64,000 nucleotides of DNA from the human T2T-CHM13v2.0 reference genome, Homo sapiens. The position numbers and the translations under genes were made by a program. The notes beneath the pieces were generated by a model that was given only the letters and a program-made list of their open reading frames with translations, searched no databases and had not been told where the DNA came from. Of this stretch, positions 1-18,857 are shown one piece after another; position 1 is the first letter of the stretch; each line of letters starts with the position of its first letter. Location of the stretch: the NCBI RefSeq assembly GCF_009914755.1, contig NC_060925.1; one strand, given 5' to 3'.

Positions 1-108
1 ACCTGGCTCGGAGGGTCCTATGCCCACGGAATCTCGCTGATTGCTAGCACAGCAGTCTGAGATCAAACTGCAAGGAGGCAGCGAGGCTGGGGGAGGGGCG
101 CCCGCCAT
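1..108 (-). CDS. L1 ORF0, N-terminal 36 codons; runs off the window edge
   Basis: Reverse complement of 1-108 translates MAGAPPPASLPPCSLISDCCASNQRDSVGIGPSEPG with no stop, matching the primate L1 ORF0 N-terminus as I recall it. The ATG is at 108-106. Confidence 0.8.
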   Translation of the reverse strand, partial: MAGAPPPASLPPCSLISDCCASNQRDSVGIGPSEPG

Positions 109-563
109 TGCCCAGGCTTGCTTAGGTAAACAAAGCAGCCTGGAAGCTCGAACTAGGGGGAGCCCACCACAGCTCAAGGAGGCCTGCCTGCCTCTGTAGG
201 CTCCACCTCTGGGGGCAGGGCACAGACAAACAAAAAGACAGCAGTAACCTCTGCAGACTTAAATGTCCCTGTCTGACAGCTTTGAAGAGAGCAGTGGTTC
301 TCCCAGCACGCAGCTGGAGATCTGAGAACGGGCAGACTGCCTCCTCAAGTGGGTCCCTGACCCCTGACCCCCGAGCAGCCTAACTGGGAGGCACCCCCCA
401 GCAGGGGCACACTGACACCTCACACGGCAGGGTATTCCAACAGACCTGCAGCTGAGGGTCCTGTCTGTTAGAAGGAAAACTAACAAACAGAAAGGACATC
501 CACACCGAAAACCCATCTGTACATCACCATCATCAAAGACCAAAAGTAGATAAAATCACAAAG
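1..563. promoter_or_regulatory. L1 5'UTR internal promoter region, including the antisense promoter and SOX-type sites
   Basis: Lies upstream of the ORF1 ATG. AACAAA sites at about 129 and 229 sit at the positions expected for the two L1 SRY/SOX sites. Activity is not shown by the sequence. Confidence 0.75.
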
Positions 564-1580
564 ATGGGGAAAAAACTGAACAGAAAAACTGGAAACTCTA
601 AAACGCAGAGCACCTCTCCTCCTCCAAAGGAACGCAGTTCCTCACCAGCAACGGAACAAAGCTGGATGGAGAATGATTTTGACGAGCTGAGAGAAGAAGG
701 CTTCAGATGATCAAATTACTCTGAGCTACAGGGGGACATTCAAACCAAAGGCAAAGAAGTTGAAAACTTTGAAAAAAATTTAGAAGAATGTATAACTAGA
801 ATAACCAATACAGAGAAGTGCTTAAAGGAGCTGATGGAGCTGAAAACCAAGGCTCGAGAACTACGTGAAGAATGCAGAAGCCTCAGGAGCCGATGCGATC
901 AACTGGAAGAAAGGGTATCAGCAATGGAAGATGAAATGAATGAAATGAAGTGAGAAGGGAAGTTTAGAGAAAAAAGAATAAAAAGAAATGAGCAAAGCCT
1001 CCAAGAAATATGGGACTATGTGAAAAGACCAAATCTACGTCTGATTGGTGTACCTGAAAGTGATGGGGAGAATGGAACCAAGTTGGAAAACACTCTGCAG
1101 GATATTATCCAGGAGAACTTCCCCAATCTAGCAAGGCAGGCCAACGTTCAGATTCAGGAAATACAGAGAACGCCACAAAGATACTCCTCAAGAAGAGCAA
1201 TTCCAAGACACATAATTGTCAGATTCACCAAAGTTGAAATGAAGGAAAAAATGTTAAGGGCAGCCAGCGAGAAAGGTCAGGTTACCCTCAAAGGGAAGCC
1301 CATCAGACTAACAGCGGATCTCTCGGCAGAAACCCTACAAGCCAGAAGAGAGTGGGGGCCAATATTCAACATTCTTAAAGAAAATAATTTTCAACCCAGA
1401 ATTTCATATCCAGCGAAACTAAGCTTCATAAGTGAAGGAGAAATAAAATACTTTACAGACAAGCAAATGCTGAGAGATTTAGTCACCACCAGGCCTGCCC
1501 TAAAAGAGCTCCTGAAGGAAGCGCTAAACATGGAAAGGAACAACCGGTACCAGCCGCTGCAAAATCATGCCAAAATGTAA
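564..1580 (+). pseudogene. L1 ORF1p (338 codons) disrupted by two in-frame TGA codons
   Basis: ATG at 564 (MGKK...) to TAA at 1580 is 1017 nt. In-frame TGA at 708-710 (codon 49) and 951-953 (codon 130), both CGA in the consensus. The track ORF 1020-1580 is the C-terminal part. Confidence 0.95.
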
Positions 1581-1616
1581 AGACCATCGAGACTAGGAAG
1601 AAACTGCATCAACTAA

Positions 1617-5471
<3,855 letters not shown>

Positions 5472-5688
5472 AAAATGAGATCACATGGATACAGGAAGGG
5501 GAATATCACAGTCTGGGGACTGTTGTGGGGTGGGGGGAGGGGGGAGGGATAGCATTGGGAGATATACCTAATGCTAGATGACGAGTTAGTGGGTGCAGCA
5601 CACCAGCATGGCACATGTATACATATGTAACTAACCTGCACAATGTGCACATGTACCCTAAAACTTAAAGTATAATAATAAAAAAAAA

Positions 5689-6076
5689 GGCCAACATCAA
5701 AGTCTTTTGGTATTTTAAGAATTCTTCTATAAAAACTACATAGTCAACATTTTTGATGGTACAAAGGATGATAGTGAGGAAAAACATCAATAGTAAGACT
5801 TAGTCAAATAAGTGATTTGCAACATCAGATTCTGAATTTGAAAAAAATACTAGGTATACCTTTAACAATTTACTTTGCTCATATTTTTATGTTGATCAAG
5901 AATGATACATTATAAAATTTATTTATGGTTAATTCTAAAAAACTTCTTTCAGTAAAAAGTCTATGTGATGAAAAACTTTTGTGTCATAGTTAATTAGCAT
6001 AATTTTTCTTTCTCAGTGGTACATACAATGATAGTATATCTTAAAATCAATGGCCTCTCAGGTTGATCAAATATAG
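5689..6076 (+). mobile_element. 3' part of a Tc2-type DNA transposon (Kanga1-like), probably interrupted by the L1
   Basis: Resembles the recalled Kanga1 end (TTTTTCTTTCTCAGTGGTACAT...TCTTAAAATCAATGGC...GATCAAATATAG), followed by TA. Confidence 0.55.
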
Positions 6077-6217
6077 TAACTATAATGGGAGGCATGGCTG
6101 CCCACATATGTGAGTGTCAGTGGGGAGTGCTGAAAATAATGTAAATTCTCATCTTCTCTAGAAGGAAGTCAATATAGATTGCCTAAATGTGAAAAATCAG
6201 CAATATAAGTGTACTAT

Positions 6218-6331
6218 TGTATTAGCTCGCTTGGGCTTTCATAACAAAATGCCACAGACTGGATGGCTTAAAGAACAGAAATTTATTTTCTCACAATTCT
6301 GGAAGCTAGAAGTTCAAGATGAAGGTGTCAG
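6218..6331 (-). mobile_element. MLT1 (MaLR) LTR fragment
   Basis: TGTATTAG...CATAACAAAATGCCACAGACTGGATGGCTTAAA...CAGAAATTTATTTTCTCACAATTCTGGAAGCTAGAAG. Confidence 0.8.
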
Positions 6332-6399
6332 TGGTTATTATTCATTTTTAATAGCAAGTATGTATATTATGGGAAAGAGTCAAGAGAGGGGAAATTGAC

Positions 6400-6965
6400 C
6401 ATGATAAGATTGACTCCTCATCTTGAGAGGCAAATGGAGACTGGAGTATATGGAGTGGCTGGTTCTATGAGACCCGGTAAAGGAGGGTCCGGGTGCCCAG
6501 GAGACAGATGTGGGACAGGAGCTCTTAGAAGGTCTTTTGGAGATTCCTTCTGTTTCTCAGTGAAATAATATGGAAAGTCATCTGCTGAGGATGAAGGCCA
6601 GGAAAACATATTGGGAACTTGAGGAGAAGGAAAAATTGTGAAATAGCCATTTAGGAGAGAGAGTGAATTGACTGAGAGAGGCTGTAGGATTGATATGGGC
6701 ACACTGAAGTTTAGCAGTCATGAATCTGAAGTAAAGCAAGCCAGCATGTGGCAATTGATCCCAGGCCAGAAATGAGGGATGTAGAATGAGGAAAGGAAAG
6801 CACCTAGAATAGCTCCCAAATTTGTGCCTTGAGCAATAGGTAGAACTGGTGCCAGGGGATGTAAGTGGAGACACGGGTGTAGATTGGAGAGTAGAGATGG
6901 TATGAATTCAGTTTTTAAGATGTTGACTAAAAAGTGCCTGTAGGATATCCAAGCAGTCTAGTATA
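6400..6965 (-). mobile_element. L2 fragments
   Basis: Purine-rich diverged sequence with L2-like TTTCTCAGTGAAATA...GTCATCTGCTGAG and GAATTCAGTTTT...GGATATCCAAG. Boundaries approximate. Confidence 0.55.
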
Positions 6966-7519
6966 CAGAATTTTAGGTTTGGTGGGATAAATTCACATCA
7001 CCAGTACATATAAACATGAATGGAATGCAACTGGCCAGGTAGGATGTTTAGAATGAGCCTCATTGTAGTGTTTGCTGGGTGGAAGATGTCTGTGGGGGTG
7101 CTGAGTTATTAAGGAGCATAGCATGAAAGCTATTCAGAAGTGGGGAGGTGAAGGGTTTTTTACAGCATGAGAGGCAAACAGAGCTGAAGAGCTACACCCA
7201 ATTGTTTGACTGAGGGCCGTGGTGCGTATGAGTCCACTGGTCCAACAGCTCCTCTGTATTGGTGTTGCTTTAATTTCCTTAACACCTATTAGCATTTTAC
7301 TTAAATACAAACCTAGTTTAATTTATTTTGAAATCTTTTTTGAGTCAGATGTCAATTGAACAAATACCTAACTGAATATTGTGTTCTTCCAGCTTTCTCT
7401 GTACACGGAAATAGTTCTGTTACACAGAAGGTAGTTAACACATGTGTGCCAATTGATTTATTGAAAATACAAACAAAAATGTCTTTATCAAATTTGTTAT
7501 GTTAAAAATCTATGGTGTT

Positions 7520-8831
<1,312 letters not shown>

Positions 8832-10094
8832 AAAAATCTATGGTGTCATTATAATTGTATTTTGAAAGAAAATGCCTGTTTTTGAATATTCTTTCATAGA
8901 TGTTAAAAACCTGATCCATAAATACACCATTTCCTTTAAGTTTCTCAGATTTTAACATCTACTTTCAGCCCAATTTTTAAACAGATCGAAATTGGAATAA
9001 ATGACAATTAGAACAGGATCCAATTCATATATACTTCTCTGGTTTAATTATAGGAACATTTTATGATATCTAACAGATTTATACAATACAATTTAATGAT
9101 GCATCACATACAGGATAAAACTGAAATATTGAAATGTTTTATAGTTAAATTATCTAGAAAACAATTATAGAAACCAATAGTGTCAAGATAATGTTTAGGG
9201 AATAAATTAAAGCATTTGGTCATATGCATTAAAGCATTGGGCATAGTCATATCAGAGGAAATAATGTTTTAAAGGGAACCATGTTAATATATTTTTAATA
9301 GTATTTTATAAGTATATCAAATTATGAAGTTAATCAGATCAACTTCATATGATAGTGCATTTTACATATTATTATTAAATTATATTCAAATTCAATGCTT
9401 TGTAACTGTAAAACAGAACTATCATTTTTAATTTTATTATATGCTAATAGTTAAATAATTTAATATAAAAATTAGTGTACCATTTTGATAATATACCAGG
9501 ATTTATAGAAAATTAGTTTCTTTTATCTTTTATTCCCAAATCCCTAAAATAGGTGTAGCACGTGAAATTCAATTTATATTTTCTCTTATAAAGATTTCTC
9601 TTGAGTGAATTTGAATACAATACTTTTGAGGATCTAATAAAAATTTCAACTTTGAAAATGAAAATGAGTGTATTGAAACACGATTTTCTGATCAATATGT
9701 GCGCTTGTCTTTTTGTGCCCTCTTGAGAGAGGGCTTATTTCAACCCCAGGTTAGGTCATGTACAATAAACAGTACTGGGATGGCTTCAAATTCCTTGCTT
9801 ATTTATTTTGTATTTGCTTGTGTATGTTTGTGTGTGCACGGTTATGGTTAACACAACTTCACATATTCTTATTTATTTACCTTTACTATTTTACTATCAT
9901 TAGACAGAGATAACCCTTGCTGTATTTTATATACATCTTATTTTTCCTCCTCCTCCCAATTCGTAACTTTGTATTACAGACTCTGTGTGTAATTACTAGG
10001 AGGATTCTTTCCTTTACATCTGTACATGGATGCAACTAATCATCTAGTAAAATTTTGGTTATCTGTATACTCAAATAGCTTTACTTTAAGAAGG

Positions 10095-10340
10095 CAGGAT
10101 GTGTAGCAGTTCTGAGCACAAACTTTGCAGTTAGGGTTCACTCTGCCATTTTCTAGCTGTATGATTCTGAATACATCACTTAAACTCTCTAAGTCTTAAT
10201 TTCTCCTCTGTGATATGGGGATAACAATACACATAAGAAAACCTACATCATAGGATTATCATAAATATAAAATGAAACAACATAGGTAAAACATTTAGCA
10301 ACATGCTTTGCTTATGGTAAATGGTTACTATACTGCCATT
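10095..10340 (+). mobile_element. MIR
   Basis: Core CTCTGCCATTTTCTAGCTGTATGA...CACTTAAACTCTCTAAGTCTTAATTTC...ATGGGGATAACAATA. Confidence 0.8.
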
Positions 10341-10556
10341 ATTTTAATTAAGTTCAATTGGACTAGCATTCACTTGGATGTTGTAGTGGACATCAATTGG
10401 AATGTCTTTTTAGAACGGTATGATCTCCCTCTTTCTGAGAAAGGTGGGAATATTCAGACGTACATCGTAATATGGCCTCTTTGATCAGAGTCAACGGGTC
10501 TAGGGGTAGAACCTGACCTTAGCCATGCCAGTCAAGCTCCTTCTCTAGAAGTTTTC

Positions 10557-10870
<314 letters not shown>

Positions 10871-11027
10871 TAGAAGTTTTCAAACTAAAGCTGGAGAAAG
10901 AGCCTTACTGAATCTCAGAAGGTGGAGCTAAAAGATGTCATACTTAAACACTGTAGGGAGCTTGTATAGTAGCATGTGAAGGGATCAGAGAGAGAATATG
11001 GTTAAAAGCAGAAAGAAGCATCGCTTC

Positions 11028-11395
11028 AGTCTTTCATCCTGTGTTTATTAAGCACCTCTTTTCTAGATACAGCTATAGGCACTGAGGACACAATGGTGAG
11101 CAGCATCAGACAAGAGTCCTGTTTCTGGGGTTCATCAGCTGGTGTTGGAGATGAGTGTTATGGAATAAACACAACCAAGAGTGATTGACTGCACAGTAAG
11201 TGCTATGAAGGGAAGGATAAAAGTCCATGACATCTTCTAAAAAAGAAAGCAGATGTAGCCTAGGGAGTCAGAGAAGCCTTCTGGGAGTAAGTCACACTTG
11301 AGCTGATACAAAGAATCAGAATTAGCTATCTAGGTAAAGATGGAGAAAAAGGTGATTCAGGTATGGGGGAAAAACATGGATAAAGTCCAGGCATT
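11028..11395 (-). mobile_element. L2 3' end; continues at about 11720-11790 and 12400-12700
   Basis: TTTATTAAGCACCT...AGGCACTGAGGACACAATGGTGAGC...GGGAGTCAGAGAAGCCTT. Confidence 0.7.
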
Positions 11396-12012
<617 letters not shown>

Positions 12013-12015
12013 ATA

Positions 12016-12373
12016 CGGACAGTCTCTGACTTATGCTGGTTCAACTTACTATTTTTCAACTGGATGGTGAGAAAGCAATATGCATTCAGTAGAAACTGTA
12101 TTTTCCATACCCATACAACCATTCTGTTTTTCACTTTCAGCACAGTATTCAATAAATTACATGAGCTAGTCAATACTTTATTATAAAATAACCTGTGTGT
12201 TAGATGATTTTGCCCAACTGTGGGTTAGTATAAGTGCTCTGAGCACATTTAAGTTAGGCTAGTCTATGATGTTCAGTAGGTTAGGCGTATTAAATGCATT
12301 TTTGGCTTACAATATTTTCAGCTTACGATGTGTTTATCAGGATGTAACCCCATTGTAAGTGGAGGAGCATCTG
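12016..12373 (-). mobile_element. MER47A (TcMar-Tigger MITE)
   Basis: Terminal inverted repeats (CGGACAGTCTCTGACTTATG ... TGTAAGTGGAGGAGCATCTG), flanked by TA at 12014-15 and 12374-75. Confidence 0.85.
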
Positions 12374-13026
12374 TATCTACTATCATAGAGGGTAAGAGTG
12401 CTGCAAGAATAAGCTGACAAGTAGCCAAGTGCATGAGAGCTTATCAGATTTCCATTTTGGAAAGATCACCACGTCTGCAAAGTAGAAAAAAGATTTGACA
12501 GAGACAAGATTAGTTAGAGAAGCCAGTTAGGAGGCAATTGCCATGCTACAAGGCTAGGTAAACGATAACTTGGATGCGGATGATGACAGTGGAGAGGACA
12601 GATTTTAAAGAGTTTGGGAAGTGAAATCTGTGGGACTTGGAGACAAACTGGTAATAGAACATAAAGGAGAGGAAGGTGTCAGGAGAAGCAGGTAAGTTCT
12701 AAGAGATGAAGGAAGAGGTGAAGAGGCAGGAAATACAAATACAAACAATTATAATTCAGGATAATAAGTCTTACTGAGGAAATGGGAGCAAATTGCTATG
12801 AGAACCCAGGAAAGAATATGTTTGTAAACAGTCTGAGGGTCCCTGGGTCTTTCCATTACATATTTTGGGAATTTTTTGAACTCACTGTCAAAATAGACCG
12901 AAAATAATGTTGAGATTATTTTCTTATGCTGTTCTCCAAAACATCAGTTGGTGACTCACTAAAAGCACAACATTTACATAGCTGAGTGCTTTATCTTTAT
13001 GCTTCATTATTTTGTCAAAACTCTAA

Positions 13027-13330
13027 GGCCACCATCCTTAGCAAACTAACACAGTAACAGAAAAACAAACACTGCATATTCTCACTTACAAGTGGGAGCT
13101 AAATGATGACAATATATGGACACAAAGAGGGGAACAACAGATGCTAGGGCTGACTTGGAGGGGGAGGGTGGGAGGAGGGAGAGGATCAGAAAAAATAACT
13201 GTTGGGTACTAGGCTTAGTACCTGGGTGATGAAATAATCTGTACAACAATTCCCTGTGACATGAGTTTACCTATATCGCAAACCTGCACATGTACCCCTG
13301 AACCTAAAATAAAAGTTAAAAACAACAACA
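13027..13330 (+). mobile_element. Old L1PA (about L1PA13-16) 3' end
   Basis: ATCCTTAGCAAACTAACAC...GGGAGGAGGGAGAGGATCAGAAAAAATAAC...GTACCCCTGAACCTAAAATAAAAGTT. Possible short TSD AACTCT. Confidence 0.88.
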
Positions 13331-13569
13331 ACTCTTCTGTACTTTATAATACATTATTCAATGCTGATTTTCAGATACAAAAATATAATTAGGAAAAGCA
13401 AGCATTTCTGATAGACAGTGCAGACAATAGATATTGGACCCTAATGGATCTTACCAAGCAGATAGTTATTCTCTCTTCCCTGAGGGAAGTAAACAGAGGG
13501 GTGGAGTGGGGGCAGTGTTCACTCCATGCTCTGTTCCTTCTGTAAGAGAAGAATTTCCTTCCTCTAGGG

Positions 13570-14088
13570 AAGTGGCCCCCAACCTCTTTGGCACCAGGGG
13601 CTGGTTTTGTGGAAGACAATTTTTTTCCACGGACCAGATGGTGGAGGGGGATGATTTGGGGATGATTCAAGTACATTACATTCATTGTGCACTTTATTCC
13701 TCTTATTATTCCATTGTAATATATAATAAAATAATTATACAACTCACCATAATGTAGAACCAGTGGGAGCCCTGAGCTTGTTTTCCTGCAACTAGATGGT
13801 CCCATCTGGAGCTGATGGAAGACAGTGACAGACCATTAGGCACTGGATTCTCATAAGGAGCCTGCAACCTAGATCCCGTGCGTGCACAGTTCACAATAGG
13901 GTTTGTGCTCCCATGAGAATCTAATGCTGGTGCTGATCTGATGGGAGGCAGAGCTTAGGTGGCAATGCGAGTGATGGGGAGCAGCTGTAAATACAGATGA
14001 AGCTTTGCTTGCTCACCTGCTGCTCACCTCCCTCTGTGCAGCCCGGTTCCTGCTGTACCATCCGTGGCTTGGGGGTTAGGGATCCCTG
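13570..14088 (-). mobile_element. MER1A (hAT-Charlie)
   Basis: MER1A body and TIRs, with a perfect 8-bp TSD CTCTAGGG at 13562-13569 and 14089-14096. Confidence 0.93.
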
Positions 14089-14720
14089 CTCTAGGGAATC
14101 TAGAGGAAAAGGGACAAGCAGATCCCCCACAGCAGCATGATGTAGCAAGTTAACACTAAAGAATTGAATGAAGTTTCTTCTGAATGTGTGAGAGGCATAT
14201 TTTATTTTTCATAAAACAACAAAAGAAATTGGGCAAAAAATACTTTCTTATTTAATAATTTGGAGTTTATGCAAACAAAAAATCAATGCAAGTTTTAAAA
14301 ATGCTAATAAAATTTGTATTTCTGAAAATTGATTCAAAAATATATATCATTGTTTAATAAAGAATAGTTGTAATAATAAACTGTAGTTTTACTAAAATGA
14401 TAAAATTCACTGGAGGATATAAAAATCAGGCAGCAATATTACACAATCTTTAGATAGGAAACTGAAAAAAAAAAAAGAAAAGAAACCCAAACCACGAAAT
14501 CTCTAGCTAATGTTGAGTACACAAACACCTAGTTCTATTTTTTAAATGCTGTTTTGTTTGTCTGTTTGTTTTGTTTTATGTCATGATTTAAGATGTCAAT
14601 TCTTAAATAAATTATTCTCTAAAACTTTAGAATTTCAAAATTCTTGTTCATATTGATACCATGAGGTTCTACCATGAAAGTGAATTTTGATCATCCTAGT
14701 GTTCACTTACTAATAAGTGT

Positions 14721-14778
14721 TTATATTATATATATATGTGTATATATATGTGTGTGTGTATGTGTGTGTATATATATA
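14721..14778. repeat. (TA)n/(TG)n compound microsatellite
   Basis: Directly visible. Confidence 0.9.
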
Positions 14779-14790
14779 AATATGCAGTAT

Positions 14791-15363
14791 GGTATGAGTT
14801 TTCTCTTAATGCCCTAACAAGTAGCCACAAACATTGTGGCTTAAAATAAATGTATCTCACAGTTCTATAGATTAGAAGGCTGACATGGGTGTCACTGGAC
14901 TAAAACTAACATGTCAGTCTAGCTGCATTCCATATGGGAGGTTCTGGGGCAGAATCTACTTCCAGGCTCATTCAGTTTCTTAGCAGGATTCAGTTCCATG
15001 CAATTGTAGGACTGAAGTCGCTGTTTCCTTGCTGGCTTTTGGCCAGGCATCCCTAGCTTCTAGAGACTATGCGAATTACCTGCTATACTTCTCTCTGTCC
15101 CCACCTTCTGCCTCATCTTTCTCCTTTCCTAGCCCACATTTCTTTGACTTCATCTGAAAAGAGTCCTCTACTTTTAAAGGCTTGTGTCATTAGATTAGGT
15201 ATATCTGGATAATCCAGGATAATAATAATCTTTCTATATTAAGGTCCATAACCTTAATTACATCTGTAAAGTCCCTTTGCTAAGTAACAATGTTACATAT
15301 TCATAGGTTCCAGGGATTCCAGTATGGAAATCTTGGGGAGGGGGTATTTTCCTGCCTACCACA
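14791..15363 (-). mobile_element. MLT1E-like MaLR solo LTR
   Basis: TCTCACAGTTCT...GGGGCAGAATCTACTTCCAGGCTCATTCAG...GGATAATCCAGGATAAT...CCTGCCTACCACA. Confidence 0.85.
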
Positions 15364-17054
15364 GGGATATATTCCCAGACAGTTATTTGTTTGAATCTTT
15401 GGTGTATTCATAGAGTCTAAAAAGTTTTTTAATAAGCTAGTAAAAAAATTAAAAAGATACATAACATGAGTACTGCATTTTCATAAGGAAATTTGTAAAT
15501 CATACTTATATTAGCTAACATTGTTTTATTTCTTAAATTACCATCAAATTACACATGTTGGGTAACTCCCTTTGAAGTAAATGAGCAGCATTTATTCTCT
15601 ATAAAGCTTCCATTTTAACTAGGCACATTAGATATCATTAGCACAAATTCATTATAAATTACATTCCAGATTTCATACAGGGTTTATTTACCCAGATCTT
15701 GTTATATGTGAAAAGTTAACTAAGATAATATTAATATTAGTTTTAGTAAATGCCCTGCAGTTAACGAGAGTCTGCTTAATATGAGAAGCAATTCTTGCTT
15801 TCTTTTGTAATATTCACAATGGATGAATATCTAATCCATGTTTAGTTTATACTTATTAATCTAACCATTCTACATTTATTTTCATTCTAATGCTATATGT
15901 AAATTCAAAAGCATAATTTAAGATAAATGGATTTTAAATTTCAAGCTTTGGTACTTAATATCATTAATTATGCTAAAAGGTACATAAATTCTCTATAATT
16001 ACCTGGCTTATCACTATTTTAATGTAACATCCTCTTTTAAAAATGTAATTTAGGTTTTTTGGCATTAGTCTTTGATTCATATTTTATCCAAGCACTGCAG
16101 TCTTGGATATCCCCTGCAGAGATGGATCTATTCCTAACAAGGTTATTTTTGGGACTTGGTAATGATTATAATACTGATGACAATTCCTGTCACTCTTATT
16201 AGTCTGTAACTTTTCAAGGCAGAGTGGTGCTCCCTGATCCTTCTTAAGCCCCTGTTTAAATGTAAATTAGAGTAGACCAATTTGTATTACCTATTCCAGG
16301 CATCCATATGCAACACCAGATTGCAAAAAGAAATATTTATAAGGAGCTATCCCTATATTTATCTTATGACACTCATCACTGTGACACTTCAGTGCTTGAG
16401 CAGCCAAACTAGAATCATTTCTATTATCTACCTAAGAAAAAAATCATACAAAATAGACAGACTTTTGTGTCTTTCAAAGCTGGGTTGAGTAAAACGGAGT
16501 GGCTTTTAGTGCTCTTGGTCTAATTAGATAGCAGTTTGGTCAAAAGTGTTATTTGCATCTTTTCCTGAATTAGAGAGATTAAATGCCCTTAACTGAATTT
16601 TGAAAGGCAGAAACAGACCTTAGATGGTCTGACATCACCTTTTCTAGTGTAGCATTTAATTTTTAAAATGTTCCAGCTCTAGGTAAATGATGGTACAGTA
16701 TCATGGGCCGAAGGCAATTATGAGCAGCATTCAAGGACAAAGTAGAAAGAAAAGCAGCAAGACCCTTCTCCCAGACTGCAGAAGGCAAAAAGTCAGTAAA
16801 AATTTGGACTCCACCTTTGAAGAGAAAGTACATTTTTCTAAATTTTCATCAAGTTTTCTACTTAACTTTAACTTTGGTGATTTGTTATCCTATTAATTTA
16901 GAACTTGACTGGAAATTTTTCTTATCAGCCGAAGTGCAGTTATTATCACCAAACCTCCATCACCTGAAAATAGGCCAGGAGAACAGAATATGGTCCTTGT
17001 TGGTATTTAGTGAATGGGTAAAGTCTCACTGATATCCCTTACACAAGGTGTCAC

Positions 17055-17450
17055 CTGAAATCTTTGGATTGAGCCTCTTTGCTTTCTCACTTATAATCTA
17101 TGGAACTTTAATTCTCTGGGCCTAACTTTTCAATGGCAAAACTGGGTCCATATTACCCATTTCACAGATTTGCTTTAATGGCTAATGGAGATCATGCTCA
17201 TGAAGTCTTTTGCTTATGTTTATTATGTAAGTGTGCAATAAATGCAAGATGTTATCAATGCTATCATATTATTTAATTAGCTTATCATTCCCCCTTTATT
17301 CCATTAGCTCTGTCTTAAATCTGTTGGGTAATAAGACAACTCTAGGGAGCTCATAACAAATCTGTGAAATAGTCAAGATAGGCATTATTATTATCATTTC
17401 ACTTTTAAAGAAATTGAAACGGAATTAGTTAGAAGCTTTCTTGTACATGA
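17055..17450. mobile_element. MIR fragments (+ strand about 17055-17255, - strand about 17265-17450); the second is interrupted by a duplicated 69-nt insert
   Basis: Diverged MIR core. ATATTATTTAAT / CTCATAACAAATCTGTGAAATAG...ATTATTATTATC resembles the antisense MIR. Confidence 0.55.
17279..17351 (+). repeat. Dispersed direct duplication A, copy 1 (73 bp)
   Basis: 71/73 identical to 19256-19328. Confidence 0.97.
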
Positions 17451-18175
17451 TGAAAGGTTCACAGTGATTTCCACCTCTCCAGGCTGCTTCTCAGCCATGC
17501 AATTTCCATCTAGATATGAAGGAAACATAATTCAGAGTTTTTTTTTATTAAAGATATGGAGTCACCTATCATGGACATAACACACTGCTAAGTATGCCAG
17601 AGGAAACAGAGAGCACAGTTGTTATCCATGCTTCCTGTTCATCAGACATGAGGCCTGTGATACTTGGTTCATGGCCCTTCTTGGCTCAGAAAGTTGACTC
17701 AAAAGCATAACCACGGTGTTGAGGTCAGCATTAGTATAGTGCTGCTGATAACATACACGCTGTTACATACCAAGGACTTGGTGCTAAAACTGGCTTTATT
17801 CTTCATTCTTCTATTCAAAATAATCACTCCTCATTATCCATTATTTTTCATTTTTTCTCCTCATTGAGTAGACTTTTATTGGAAGATAAGCAGTTAAGCC
17901 TGACCTCTCTAGCGGGTAAATGCATAATGCATTATTTCCTTTATGTGTTTGTTTTAATGTCTCTGAAACAGCAAAATGATTAGCCTTGAGAGTGAAAATA
18001 CAGATGATGTTTTTCCCCATCTATCTATTGAAATTAGCTAGCATTAGGTCCTTAGTAACAATGTTAATAAGACATTTGAATTTCTCTTCCTTGACATCGA
18101 AATTAAATAGCACTGGTTGAAGAAAACATACATTCTTTTTTTCAAATGTTGGATTGTAAAAGGGAAGGTAGATGG

Positions 18176-18857
18176 TGTAGGGTTGGAAAGGTATGATACC
18201 TTTCCTCGCCCAATGTAAGGGTTGTGGCTGGCACTTCTATAACGAAAGACAGGTTAACAAGAGAAAAGCATAACAAACTTATTTAATCAAAATTTTATGT
18301 GTCGTGGGAGCCTTCAGCAATGAAGGCTCAAAGACGTGAGGAAAACTATTTTTATGCTTAGTTTCAGTGAAGAATAGACAGCTATGTAGAAATGTGATTG
18401 GGCAACAGGGTATGATCTAATGGTAATAGACTGAGTGGGAAACCCAGAAAAGCCAGTCCAGTTTCTTCTTGGCCGCTCTGTGTAGCATTCCTACCTCCTG
18501 GGTATAGGATAGGACCCCTCTGGAATGAGGGTCTTATGACCTACTATCTGATAGGGTAGGTCACAGAATTTCTTTATGGCCAGTTCCTACACAGAAAAGC
18601 GGAGGAAGGTTAGAATAATAGTTTTTGGTTTTATAGCTTGCTTTGGAGATGAAGAGTTCTAGTTTCTATGACCTGTCTTAGGGAATAGGAATTCTGCTTT
18701 TTGTGATGTGCTTTGGTTGAGACATAGGGGCAAGAGATCACAGGGCAGGAGAAGGCCAGAGAGAGGTGGCTTCTGGGGCCTTCCAATCTCCTTTAGTTCA
18801 AAGTACTCAACATTCCAAAGCACTATATTTTAGGGTATCGTTTTCTGAACCCCAACA
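18176..18857 (-). mobile_element. ERV1 (MER4-group) solo LTR, MER39/MER34-like
   Basis: TG...CA termini; GGTTAACAAGAGAAAAGCATAACAAA and TTTTAGGGTATCGTTTTCTGAACCCCAACA. Confidence 0.8.

Noticed and set aside
259-543. 94-aa antisense ORF in the L1 5'UTR
   Set aside because: Not ORF0, which starts at 108; an incidental frame.
13389-14148. Overlapping ORFs up to 138 aa
   Set aside because: Lie almost entirely within non-autonomous MER1A, with no transposase similarity.
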